NCBI GenBank assembly: GCA_043813875.1 | Contig: JBDRKP010000080.1 | Span: 1-43,370 of the forward strand | Source: an archaeon | Lineage (GTDB): Archaea > EX4484-52 > B79-G9 | Reading direction: 5' to 3' | DNA length: 43,370 nt | Shown here: positions 1 to 10,401 of the stretch, in pieces | Layout of the letters: every line of letters starts with the position of its first letter | Position numbering within the stretch: the first letter of the stretch is position 1 | Made by a program: the position numbers and the translations under genes | The notes under the pieces: generated by a model | What the model was told of the DNA's origin: nothing | The model's database searches: none | The model's input: the letters and a program-made list of their open reading frames with translations, nothing else

Positions 1-1139
1 CAACCCACAGGATCGCAGTGATAGAAGGAGACGGCATAGGCCCCGAAATAATCCGCGAAGGCATCAAAGTGATAGATAAAGTCTCCGAACTCCACAACTT
101 CAACATCAAATGGACAAGATACCCGAACGGCGCAGACCACTACTTAAAAACCAAAGAGCTCATAACCGAAGACACCTTAAAGACCATCAAATCAACATCA
201 GAAGCAATATACTTAGGCGCTCTAGGCGACCCGCGCATACAGCCCGGCATCCTCGAGAAAGGGATACTCTTGAAAACCAGATTCTACTTCGACCAGTTCG
301 TGAACCTGAGGCCCATAAAGCTCCTCGAAGGCGTCGACTGCCCCTTAAAAGACAAAGGCCCAAAAGACATAGACTTCACAGTCATCCGCGAGAACACAGA
401 AGACTTCTACGTCGGCATCGGCAACAGGGCAGGCATCGGAAAGACAAGGCAGGAACTGGAAGTAATCAGAAGCTTATACTCAGTAAAATTCGGCCTCGAC
501 ATAGAGACAGAAGGCTCAGAAATCGCATACCAGATCGGAGTATTGAGCCAGAAAGGCTCAGAGCGCGTCATCCGCTACGCATTCGAGAACGCAAAAAAGC
601 AGGGCCACACCCGCCTCACCGCAGTCGACAAGGCAAACGTATTGAGCCACGTCTACAACTACTGGCGCGAGATAGTAGAAAAAGTATCAAAAGAATACCC
701 AAAGATTGAGCACGAATTCAACTACGTCGACGCCATAACCATGTGGTTCGTAAAGACCCCGGAGCATTATCAGACTGTAGTCGCCCCGAACATGTTCGGC
801 GACATAATAACCGACCTCGGCGCCATGATACAAGGCGGATTGGGCCTCGCGCCCGGCGGAAACATAAACCCTGACGGCATCTCCATGTTCGAGCCCATCC
901 ACGGCTCAGCCCCGAAATACAAAGGCATGAACGTAGCGAACCCTCTAGCCACAATCTGGGCAGGCGCAATGATGCTGAACGAGATAGGCGAAGAAAAATC
1001 CGGCGAACTGATCGTAAAATCCATAGAAGAACTGGTAAAACAGAAAAAAGTCCTCACAAAAGACATGGGCGGCACCGCAAAAACAAGCGAAGTAGGGGAT
1101 GAAATAGTGAAGATAGTCACAAGATTAAACAACCAGTAA
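1..1139 (+). CDS. leuB: 3-isopropylmalate dehydrogenase (isocitrate/isopropylmalate dehydrogenase family), 5' end cut by the window edge
   Basis: Frame is open from the window start ([15 protein letters not shown]). RENTED, KAN and [27 protein letters not shown] motifs; directly upstream of the ilv genes. Substrate specificity is inferred from context. Confidence 0.8.
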   Translation, partial: THRIAVIEGDGIGPEIIREGIKVIDKVSELHNFNIKWTRYPNGADHYLKTKELITEDTLKTIKSTSEAIYLGALGDPRIQPGILEKGILLKTRFYFDQFVNLRPIKLLEGVDCPLKDKGPKDIDFTVIRENTEDFYVGIGNRAGIGKTRQELEVIRSLYSVKFGLDIETEGSEIAYQIGVLSQKGSERVIRYAFENAKKQGHTRLTAVDKANVLSHVYNYWREIVEKVSKEYPKIEHEFNYVDAITMWFVKTPEHYQTVVAPNMFGDIITDLGAMIQGGLGLAPGGNINPDGISMFEPIHGSAPKYKGMNVANPLATIWAGAMMLNEIGEEKSGELIVKSIEELVKQKKVLTKDMGGTAKTSEVGDEIVKIVTRLNNQ

Positions 1140-1251
1140 CCAAAAGAAATATAACTCAATCAAAAAAAACAATCAATTCAACAAAACAGACAAGTGACCT
1201 AAAGCGAAGTCAACAATAGTGTGCTTGAGCGAAGCGAAACACACCTGATGC

Positions 1252-1294
1252 TCAAGCTTTCAGAAGCTTGTGATCAAGCTTTCAGAAGATTGTG
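1252..1294. repeat. Tandem duplication (22-bp period) of a palindromic unit TCAAGCTTTCAGAAG(C/A)TTGTG
   Basis: Copies at 1252-1272 and 1274-1294 differ at one base; copy 1 is a perfect CAAGCTT-TCAG-AAGCTTG hairpin. Confidence 0.85.
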
Positions 1295-1302
1295 TGATAA
1301 TC

Positions 1303-3018
1303 ATGAAAGGCTCAGAAATGATCTTAAAGACCTTGATGGACAACGGCATAAGCGAAAGCTTCGGCTACCCCGGCGGTCAGGTAATACCGCTCTTCGACGC
1401 CATCTACAACTCGGGCGGCAAATTCAAAAACATCCTCGTCCGTCACGAACAGGCCGCAGCCCACGCAGCAGACGCATACGCCAGAGTAAAAGGAACGCCT
1501 GGAGTGGCGATTGCAACATCGGGTCCAGGCGCCACCAACCTCATAACCGGCCTCGCGACAGCCCACCTCGACTCATCCCCCCTCATAGCGTTCGGCGGCC
1601 AGGTACCGATAGCGCTCCTCGGCAACGACGCATTCCAGGAATCAGACATGATGGGCATAACCCTCCCCATAACAAAACACAACTACCAGATAAGAGACCC
1701 GAACCAGATAGGCGTCACGATACTGAAATCAATAAAGATAGCGACATCCGGAAGGCCAGGCCCCATATACATAGAATTGCCAAAAGACACCCAGGTAGGC
1801 GTTGTCACAAAAGAGACACCAAAAACCATCCACATCCCCACATACAACCCGACAATGAACGGCCACCCGGAACAGATAAAAAAAGCAGCAAAACTCCTGC
1901 TGGACTCACAAAGGCCGGTAATAATAGCAGGCGGCGGAGTCATAATATCAAACGCATCACAGGATCTCGCCGAACTGGTAGAGACAACCCTGACACCAGT
2001 GACAACAACACTCATGGGCAAAGGCTCATTCCCTGAAAACCACCCGTTATGCCTCGGCATGCTTGGCATGCACGGCAGGAAAGTCGCCAATCACGCGATA
2101 ATCGAATCCGACCTAATAATATCCCTCGGCTGCAGGTTCTCAGACAGGATAACAGGCAGGAAAGACACATACACATGCGGCGCAAAAGTCATCCACATCG
2201 ACATCGACCCCGCAGAGATCGGGAAAAACATCCCCGTAGACATCCCGATAGTCGGCGACATAAGATGCGTCTTAAAAGACTTAAACATCGTCATCAAAAA
2301 ACTGACCAAAAAAAGAAAAGAAACAGAATGGTCAAAAAAAATGAAAGAATTAAACAAGCTCTGCAACTGCGACACAGACATAGACAGCTACCCGATAAAC
2401 CCGAAAAAAATCATGTTCGAACTCAACAAGGCGATCAAAGACACAGACATCATAACAACCGGCGTCGGCCAGCACCAGATGTTTGCAGCCCACTACATCA
2501 AAAGAAAATACCCCCGCACCTTCATCTCAAGCGGCGGCATGGGCACCATGGGCTTCGGCCTCCCCGCAGCCATCGGCGCAAAAACCGCAAAACCCAGCGC
2601 AGAAGTCTTCGACCTTGACGGCGACGGCTCATTCGCGATGAACATCCAGGAACTTGCGACCTTAAAAGAAGAGAACATAAAGGTCATCCCGGTCATATTC
2701 GAAAACAACTACCTCGGCATGGTCAGGCAATGGCTGGAGATATTCTTTGACAGAAGATACTCAAACGTAAACCTCGGCAAAAACACAGACTTCACAAAAA
2801 TCGCACAAGCCTACAACCTGAACGGGATCACGATAGAGCGCTCGGGAGATATAGCGCCCGCATTGAAGCAGGCCATAAAGAACCCGGAATCGACAATAAT
2901 AACAATAAAGATAGAACCAGAATCAAATATCCTCCCCATGCTCCCCCCGGGCGGCAGCATCACCGAAGCATTCGGCGGATGCATAACAAAACAAGGCCAT
3001 TATTTCGACAATATTTAA
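1303..3018 (+). CDS. ilvB: Acetolactate synthase large (catalytic) subunit
   Basis: FGYPGG, RHEQ, TSGPGATN and GDGSF..N ThDP motif. Start placed at ATG 1303 (MKGSE), after GTGAT, rather than at 1270. Confidence 0.95.
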   Translation: MKGSEMILKTLMDNGISESFGYPGGQVIPLFDAIYNSGGKFKNILVRHEQAAAHAADAYARVKGTPGVAIATSGPGATNLITGLATAHLDSSPLIAFGGQVPIALLGNDAFQESDMMGITLPITKHNYQIRDPNQIGVTILKSIKIATSGRPGPIYIELPKDTQVGVVTKETPKTIHIPTYNPTMNGHPEQIKKAAKLLLDSQRPVIIAGGGVIISNASQDLAELVETTLTPVTTTLMGKGSFPENHPLCLGMLGMHGRKVANHAIIESDLIISLGCRFSDRITGRKDTYTCGAKVIHIDIDPAEIGKNIPVDIPIVGDIRCVLKDLNIVIKKLTKKRKETEWSKKMKELNKLCNCDTDIDSYPINPKKIMFELNKAIKDTDIITTGVGQHQMFAAHYIKRKYPRTFISSGGMGTMGFGLPAAIGAKTAKPSAEVFDLDGDGSFAMNIQELATLKEENIKVIPVIFENNYLGMVRQWLEIFFDRRYSNVNLGKNTDFTKIAQAYNLNGITIERSGDIAPALKQAIKNPESTIITIKIEPESNILPMLPPGGSITEAFGGCITKQGHYFDNI

Positions 3019-3034
3019 GGAGGTAAAAAATCAC

Positions 3035-3511
3035 ATGCAGACCAACATCATCGCAATGCTCGTCCTAGACGAACCAGGCGTCCTCACAAAAATATCAGGC
3101 CTCTTCACCCGCCGCGGCTTCAACATAGACACAATCACCGTCGGAAAGACCGAACACAAAGGCATATCACGGATAACAATCAGCCTTCAGGCCAACGAAA
3201 AGACACTAGAGCAGCTCGAAAAGCAGCTCAACAAGATGATAGACATAATAAAAGTTATAAACATAACACACAACTCCATAGTACGCGAACTCTGCCTTGT
3301 GACCATAAACATAAAAGACGAAAACTCAAGACTGGAACTGATAAACTATACAAAGGTATTCCCCGCAAAGATAGTAGACATGAACCACAAGAGCCTGACA
3401 ATGGAATTCATGGACGACCCAAGAAAGATCGAGGAATTCTTAGAAAAGATACAGCCCTTCGGGATAAAAGAGCTCGTAAGGACCGGCATAACAGGCATAA
3501 CCAAAAATTAG
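3035..3511 (+). CDS. ilvN: Acetolactate synthase small (regulatory ACT) subunit
   Basis: DEPGVLTKISGLFTRRGFNIDT...KQLNK...ELVRTG; GGAGGT RBS upstream. Confidence 0.95.
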   Translation: MQTNIIAMLVLDEPGVLTKISGLFTRRGFNIDTITVGKTEHKGISRITISLQANEKTLEQLEKQLNKMIDIIKVINITHNSIVRELCLVTINIKDENSRLELINYTKVFPAKIVDMNHKSLTMEFMDDPRKIEEFLEKIQPFGIKELVRTGITGITKN

Positions 3512-3540
3512 CTGATAATAACAAATAAGAGGTGTAAGAT

Positions 3541-4542
<1,002 letters not shown>

Positions 4543-4568
4543 GCAACAGAGGCTCAAAAGATTTGGAC

Positions 4569-4770
4569 ATGCGCAAAAAATACGACATAACAGCAGGACT
4601 TTCCGGTGCCTTGGGCGCCCTTGCCGTGTGATACATCCCAAAAATACTGAACATAGACGGGCAATAGCCCAAAAATCCTGTTCGCAGGCATACGGATAGT
4701 AATCATAGTGACAGCCCATAGCTACCACATTATAAAAGCCATCTCTGAAAATAGAAGAAAACAGGCATAA
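4569..4770 (+). pseudogene. Degraded small two-helix membrane protein gene
   Basis: MRKKYDITAGLSGALGALAV*YIPKILNIDGQ*PK, then a +1 shift in an A5 run to ILFAGIRIVIIVTAHSYHIIKAISENRRKQA*. It fills the ilvC-DUF296 gap almost exactly. Confidence 0.45.
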
Positions 4771-4772
4771 CC

Positions 4773-5213
4773 ATGAGATACGAACAAGTGACATTAGGCA
4801 GAACATTCATCATGAAATTCGACCACGGCGACGACTTCCTAGAAGAACTAACAAAATTCATCAGACAAAAAAAGATACTTGCAGGCACAATCCAGTTCAT
4901 AGGCGCCCTGAAAAAGGCAGGAGTAGTAGTCGGCCCAGAAAAAGACGAGCTACCAGTAACCCCTATCTGGAAACAGTTAGAAAAACCGCACGAAATAGTC
5001 GGCATCGGCACGATATTCTGGGAAGAAGGCGAACCGAAAATCCACATACATTCAGGCACAGGCCACGACAAAGACGTCTTAGTGACCTGCATAAGAAAAG
5101 ACACAGAAGTCTTCATAGTCATAGAGGCCATAATCCAGGAATACAAGAACACAAGCGCAAGAAGGCAACCAGACAAACAGACCGGCATGAGCCTATTGAC
5201 ATTCGGCAACTGA
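4773..5213 (+). CDS. PPC domain (DUF296) protein
   Basis: GRTFIMKFDHGDD, IGAL, HEIVGIGTIF and HIH motifs; 146 aa. Confidence 0.85.
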   Translation: MRYEQVTLGRTFIMKFDHGDDFLEELTKFIRQKKILAGTIQFIGALKKAGVVVGPEKDELPVTPIWKQLEKPHEIVGIGTIFWEEGEPKIHIHSGTGHDKDVLVTCIRKDTEVFIVIEAIIQEYKNTSARRQPDKQTGMSLLTFGN

Positions 5214-5268
5214 TCTTTAAAAAATCCAGAAAGAATACACAACAATAAACATATCGGAAGTGATAAAA

Positions 5269-6888
5269 ATGCGCTCAGACACGATAAAAAAAGGCATCGA
5301 ACGCGCCCCCCACCGCGCCCTCCTCCGCGCAGACGGCCTGAAAGACGACGACTTCAAAAAACCCTTCATCGCAATAGCAAACTCCTACAACACCATAATC
5401 CCCGGCCACATCCACTTAAACGCCCTCACACAAGAAGTAAAAAGAGGAATAAAAGACGCAGGCGGCGTCCCATTCGAATACGGGGTGCCAGGAATCTGCG
5501 ACGGCATAATCATGGGCCATGGCGGCATGCGCTACTCCCTCGCATCGCGCGAGACAATCGCAGACTGCATCGAATTCATGACAGAATCCCACCAGTTCGA
5601 CGGCTGGGTCGGCGTGACCAACTGCGACAAGATCACCCCTGCGATGCTCATGGCAGCAGCAAGGATAGACATCCCGTCCATAATGCTCACAGGCGGCCCC
5701 ATGGACACAGGTGACCTTAAAGGAAAAGGCTGCGACCTAGTATCAGCATTCGAGGCAGTAGGCCAATATAGTGCAGGCAAATTGACAGAAGACGAACTGA
5801 AATCTATCGAAAAAAACTGCTGCCCAGGCGCAGGCTCATGCGCAGGCCTCTTCACAGCAAACACCATGTCATGCATGACAGAAGCCCTCGGCATGTCACT
5901 CACCGGCTGCGCGACAAGCCTTGCCATATCCGAAAAGAAGAAACAGCTTGCCTACAAGACAGGAAAACAAATAGTAGAGCTAATAAAAAAAGACATCAAG
6001 CCATCAGAAATCATGACAAAAGACGCATTCAAAAACGCGATAACAGTCGACATGGCGATAGGCGGCTCGACAAACTCAGCCCTCCACCTTCCATCAATCG
6101 CAAAAGAACTTGGCATAGACCTCACACTGGACACATTCGACCTCATCTCAAAAACAACCCCCAACATCTGCCACATAAGGCCTGGCGGCACGTACTTCAT
6201 GAAAGACTTCGAGAACGCAGGCGGCATACCCGCAGTCTTAAACAGGCTAAAAGACAGGCTAAAAGACTCAAAGACCGTGAACCTGAAATCAATAAAACAG
6301 ATCGCAGAAGAATCAAAAGTAATAGACCCAGAAATAATAAGGCCGCCAGGCAACCCCTACCACAAGGAAGGCGGGATAGCGGTCCTCAGAGGAAACATTG
6401 CAAAAAACGGCTCAGTCATAAAGCAGTCAGCAGTAAACGAAGACATGCTAATCCACACAGGCCCTGCAGTAGTATTCGAAGACGAAAACACTCTCATGAA
6501 AGCCATAATGGACAAAAAGATCAAAGAAGGCGACATAATAGTCATAAGATACCAAGGAAAGGCAGGCGCTCCCGGCATGCCGGAAATGCTCTCACCCACA
6601 TCCGCAATCATGGGTGCAGGCTATCATAAAGTCGCCCTCATAACCGACGGCAGATTCTCAGGCGGCACAAGAGGCCCATGCATCGGCCACATAGAGCCGG
6701 AAGCATACTTAGGCGGCGAAATCGCAGCAATAAAAGACGGCGACACAATAGAGATAGACATCCCGAACCGCACCTTGAACGTATTGCTCACAGACGATGA
6801 GATAAGACAGCGCATGAAAAAAGCAATTGCGCCAGAACGGGAACTGAAGCCGTTCCTCGCCAAATACCGCAATTCTGTAAGTGCTTGA
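5269..6888 (+). CDS. ilvD: Dihydroxy-acid dehydratase
   Basis: PGHIHL, CDG, NCDKITP, GGSTN, GMPEM, TDGRFSGGTRG motifs; ATG 5269 taken as start. Confidence 0.97.
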   Translation: MRSDTIKKGIERAPHRALLRADGLKDDDFKKPFIAIANSYNTIIPGHIHLNALTQEVKRGIKDAGGVPFEYGVPGICDGIIMGHGGMRYSLASRETIADCIEFMTESHQFDGWVGVTNCDKITPAMLMAAARIDIPSIMLTGGPMDTGDLKGKGCDLVSAFEAVGQYSAGKLTEDELKSIEKNCCPGAGSCAGLFTANTMSCMTEALGMSLTGCATSLAISEKKKQLAYKTGKQIVELIKKDIKPSEIMTKDAFKNAITVDMAIGGSTNSALHLPSIAKELGIDLTLDTFDLISKTTPNICHIRPGGTYFMKDFENAGGIPAVLNRLKDRLKDSKTVNLKSIKQIAEESKVIDPEIIRPPGNPYHKEGGIAVLRGNIAKNGSVIKQSAVNEDMLIHTGPAVVFEDENTLMKAIMDKKIKEGDIIVIRYQGKAGAPGMPEMLSPTSAIMGAGYHKVALITDGRFSGGTRGPCIGHIEPEAYLGGEIAAIKDGDTIEIDIPNRTLNVLLTDDEIRQRMKKAIAPERELKPFLAKYRNSVSA

Positions 6889-6986
6889 CAATCGTCTATT
6901 ACAAGAATCATCATAATCATTCGCCACCCATCGAACAAAAAGCAAACGCATATATGCAGCAGAACCAAACAAATCATATGATAGAC

Positions 6987-7535
6987 ATGAAAAGAACATT
7001 TCTGGCATTATTAATGACCGTAGCAATACTTCTGATAAATGCCAGCTCTGTTTTTGCCTGCTCCTGCGTCGACCCATATCCCCCACAGGAATCACTTGAA
7101 ATATCCACAGCAGTCTTTGCCGGCAAAGTCATCAGCATAGACTATCTGCCAGCAGGGATAATAATCAGTGGCGCAGACCCCGTAAAAATCACCTTTGAAG
7201 TCTCAAGAGTCTGGAAAGGTCCGGAATACAAGAATCTAATTATAACCACAGTAAGAAGCAGCGCAACCTGCGGATACACGTTTGAACTGGAAACAGAATA
7301 CCTCGTCTATGCCGACGGGAAAGAAAACGACCTGACAACAACCATCTGCAGCAGAACAAAACCCATCACAGGCGCAAAAGAAGATCTTGAACAACTAGGC
7401 GAAGGCAACGCACCATCAATTGACGGCTCTAACCAGAACCATTCATCTGGATTTGCCACTATAATCTCTGGTGGCATCGCAATATCAATCCTCATCATAG
7501 TAATCATACTAAGAAGGAAAAAATCAAAAAAGTAA
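6987..7535 (+). CDS. Secreted, C-terminally anchored protein with a TIMP-like CSC N-terminus
   Basis: Signal peptide ending VFA followed by CSC; AVFAGKV, VWKG, CGYTF...YLVY, C-SRT; C-terminal TM helix plus basic tail. Confidence 0.7.
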   Translation: MKRTFLALLMTVAILLINASSVFACSCVDPYPPQESLEISTAVFAGKVISIDYLPAGIIISGADPVKITFEVSRVWKGPEYKNLIITTVRSSATCGYTFELETEYLVYADGKENDLTTTICSRTKPITGAKEDLEQLGEGNAPSIDGSNQNHSSGFATIISGGIAISILIIVIILRRKKSKK

Positions 7536-7596
7536 TCCCGAATCAGTCCAGAATCTTACAAGAAATTATATTAAACAAAACATCCAAAATAACCCT

Positions 7597-8106
7597 ATGC
7601 CAAACGCAGCAACCCACATATTGATACCAATCATACTCATAGACCTCGTGCGCGACTACATGCTGAAAGACAAGAAATCCATCACCACCAACCACCTCCT
7701 GATAGCAGGCATAGCAGGCATCCTTCCCGACATAGACGTTGCTTTGGGCCTTGTGATGACAGCGCTGAAAGGCTCATCGCCGATGATATTCCATCGCCTG
7801 ATAACACACTCAGCAATAATACCCCTGATTATATTTGCAATCGCCATGACAGCCCATCACCTGAAAAAAAAGGAAGCATACATGACAACCCTGATGATAG
7901 CAATCGGATACTCAATCCACTTGGCGCTCGACTTTCTTCTGATAGGATCCATAATGCCCTTATATCCATTCAGCACGCAGGAAATCGGTCTAAATATAAC
8001 AACAGGAGAGACAGCAGGCGTCCTCATGCTCGCCCTGGACACAGTGATCCTCCTTGCATGGCTCATCCACGAGCAGATGAAACACAGGATAATCGACTAC
8101 ATCTGA
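7597..8106 (+). CDS. Membrane-bound metal-dependent hydrolase (YdjM-like)
   Basis: N-terminal TH, LPDID, HR..THS and SIHLALD motifs; hydrophobic. Confidence 0.85.
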   Translation: MPNAATHILIPIILIDLVRDYMLKDKKSITTNHLLIAGIAGILPDIDVALGLVMTALKGSSPMIFHRLITHSAIIPLIIFAIAMTAHHLKKKEAYMTTLMIAIGYSIHLALDFLLIGSIMPLYPFSTQEIGLNITTGETAGVLMLALDTVILLAWLIHEQMKHRIIDYI

Positions 8107-9932
8107 GAACTCTTATCAAGCAGCAGATTGCACCCTTCCTCGAATGCCTCTATGCTTGCAAGAATAATATCCGGGCTGGTGCCCATGGCAATCACAGAAA
8201 TATCATTCTTCTCATCCCTGACAGTCATCTTCACATCGACTGCAGAATCTGAATGCCTGGTCTTGATATCTACAGCATAATCAGCAAGCGCGTAACTAAG
8301 CCCGTTATCTCTTAGCACCTTCTGGAACGCCTTTATCAACGCATCCACAGGCCCGACACCCTCACAGGACTCTTTATACACCTTACCCCCATACTCGAGC
8401 ACAATACATGCGACAGGCGGCTTATTTTTCTCAAGATTCAGGCTGAAATCAACGACTTTGAGCACCTTCTTTGCCCCCTTGCGGATGCTCTTCTCAACAA
8501 TCATCTGAAGATCCGCCCTCTTGATTCTCTTGCCCCTCCCAATAAACGACCTTATATACTCCCTGGCATTAGAGAGGTCTGTATTCGTGAGCTCGACATC
8601 AAACTCCTCCTCAACAATCTTTTTTATCTCCACATCCTTCGGGACACCGGAAATAAGAACCCTGCTATCATCCATGTAAGTATTACAAGACGCGATCTGA
8701 TAATACCTCTTATCAAGGAACCGGTCCACCTCAGAATCGACAGGATCGATCACAGGCGTCACAGGAAGCACCTTGAGCACCGACGATGGGTCCTTAAGTC
8801 CCGCCCCGGTCATGACAATGACAATCCTCTCATCAGCGCCAACCTTCTTCTCACGTACCATCTTATCCAGTGCAGCAAGTCCTGTAGCAGCCGAAGGCTC
8901 GACAAAGATAGATTCAGTCCTCGCAAGAAGCTTCTGGGCATTAAGGATCTCCTCATCAGTCACATCAAGCGCCATGCCGCCCGAATCATATATCGCCTTG
9001 AGTATCTTCTTCCCGTCCAGCGGGTCGCCGACGCATATCGCAGAAGCGACAGTATACGGCTTATCTATTATCTCATAATCATCCTTTCCCTCGTTATACG
9101 CCAAAACGACCGGATTCGCCCCGCTCGCCTGGACCCCGACCATCTGGGGAAGTTCATCAATAAATCCCAACCTCTTATACTCCAAAAACCCCTTCCATAT
9201 AGCAGAAGAATTAGTACCGCACCCTATCGGCACGATAACCTTGTCCGGCGCCCTCCAGTCCAGCTGCTCGACAATCTCATACGCCTCAGACTTCTGCCCT
9301 TCGGCCCTGAACGCATAATCCCCGCACAGGTAAAAATCATGCCTCTTGCTGAGATTGATCACGAGCCTCACAGCATCAGCATAAGTGCCCCTTATCTGTA
9401 TCAGTTTCGCGCCATAAGACAGAGTCTGCGCAAGCTTCCCTATAGGCGTCCCTTCAGGCACGATGACATAGCACGGCAACCCCGCCTTCGAGGCGAAAGC
9501 AGAAACAGATGCCGCCATATTGCCTGTCGATGCGCAGCACACCGCCTTCTTTCCCATCTCAAGCGCCTTCGTGATCTCGACCATCGTCCCCCTGTCCTTG
9601 AACGCTCCCGTAGGATTCGCACCCTCGTATTTCACATACACATGCTTCAGCCCGAGCATCTTAGCCACGCTCCGGCATTCATAAAGAGGCGTATTCCCCT
9701 CGTTCAGGGTCACGATCTTGCTCATATCCTCAATCGGATAGAAATTAAGATACTTAAGCGAACTGATCGGAGCAGTCTTGATAAGATGCTTATTCAGCTT
9801 CTTGAGAATCCTATCATAATCATAGACGACATCCAGTGCCCCGCCGCAATCCAGGCAATTAGAAGACGTCACCAATTCATCCCATTCTTTTCCGCAGTCG
9901 ATACACAAGAGCTTATAGATCTTTTTTTTCAT
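8097..9932 (-). CDS. thrC: Threonine synthase family PLP enzyme fused to a C-terminal LeuA/CimA-type regulatory domain
   Basis: N-terminal CxxC/CxxC; EGNTPL, NPTGAFKDRG, ASTGN, EPSAA and TGAGLKD motifs; then about 200 extra aa with EGVGPVDAL and GTSPDIILASIEAF. Confidence 0.85.
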   Translation of the reverse strand: MKKKIYKLLCIDCGKEWDELVTSSNCLDCGGALDVVYDYDRILKKLNKHLIKTAPISSLKYLNFYPIEDMSKIVTLNEGNTPLYECRSVAKMLGLKHVYVKYEGANPTGAFKDRGTMVEITKALEMGKKAVCCASTGNMAASVSAFASKAGLPCYVIVPEGTPIGKLAQTLSYGAKLIQIRGTYADAVRLVINLSKRHDFYLCGDYAFRAEGQKSEAYEIVEQLDWRAPDKVIVPIGCGTNSSAIWKGFLEYKRLGFIDELPQMVGVQASGANPVVLAYNEGKDDYEIIDKPYTVASAICVGDPLDGKKILKAIYDSGGMALDVTDEEILNAQKLLARTESIFVEPSAATGLAALDKMVREKKVGADERIVIVMTGAGLKDPSSVLKVLPVTPVIDPVDSEVDRFLDKRYYQIASCNTYMDDSRVLISGVPKDVEIKKIVEEEFDVELTNTDLSNAREYIRSFIGRGKRIKRADLQMIVEKSIRKGAKKVLKVVDFSLNLEKNKPPVACIVLEYGGKVYKESCEGVGPVDALIKAFQKVLRDNGLSYALADYAVDIKTRHSDSAVDVKMTVRDEKNDISVIAMGTSPDIILASIEAFEEGCNLLLDKSSQM

Positions 9933-9965
9933 CCTGACACCACAAAGAGATATTTGCCTATTACT

Positions 9966-10355
9966 TCAGTTCGCAATCATAGCGATCGCATCGATCTCTA
10001 TCTTCGCGTTCTTCGGAAGCTTCGCGACACACACAGTAGAACGCGCAGGCTTGCCTAAAGAGAAATAAGACGCATATATTTCATTCACTTTCGCGAAATC
10101 ATTGATATCCACAAGATATATCGTAGTCTTGACGACCTCCTCAAGCGCACTCCCCGCCGCCAGAAGTACAGCAGACAGATTATCAAGCACGCGCCTCGTC
10201 TGAGTCTCAATATCCCCATCGATGAACTGCTGCGTCTTCGGATCAATAGCAATCTGTCCAGACAGATACACCATACTACCCGTCTTCACAGCCTGCGAAT
10301 AAGGCCCGATAGCATTAGGCGCACCATCCGTATTTACAATATCTTTTGAAGTCAT
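9966..10355 (-). CDS. ridA: RidA/YjgF enamine-imine deaminase
   Basis: APNAIGPYSQA, SGQI, VVKTT, PARS and IEIDAIA motifs; start placed at MTSKD about 25 nt downstream of a TTTATAAA box. Confidence 0.93.
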   Translation of the reverse strand: MTSKDIVNTDGAPNAIGPYSQAVKTGSMVYLSGQIAIDPKTQQFIDGDIETQTRRVLDNLSAVLLAAGSALEEVVKTTIYLVDINDFAKVNEIYASYFSLGKPARSTVCVAKLPKNAKIEIDAIAMIAN

Positions 10356-10379
10356 AAAAACCATTAATAATGACACAGA

Positions 10380-10387
10380 TTTATAAA
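10380..10387 (-). promoter_or_regulatory. Archaeal TATA box for ridA-thrC
   Basis: TTTATAAA about 25 nt upstream of the ridA ATG. Confidence 0.6.
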
Positions 10388-10401
10388 TATAGCGAAAGAG
10401 T

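Noticed and set aside
4629..4667. Stop-codon recoding (TGA/TAG read as Trp)
   Set aside because: Conserved genes end normally in TGA and TAG and use TGG for Trp; the ORF also has a frameshift.
6242..6267. 12-bp tandem repeat ACAGGCTAAAAG
   Set aside because: In-frame inside ilvD (RLKDRLKD); ordinary coding repetition.
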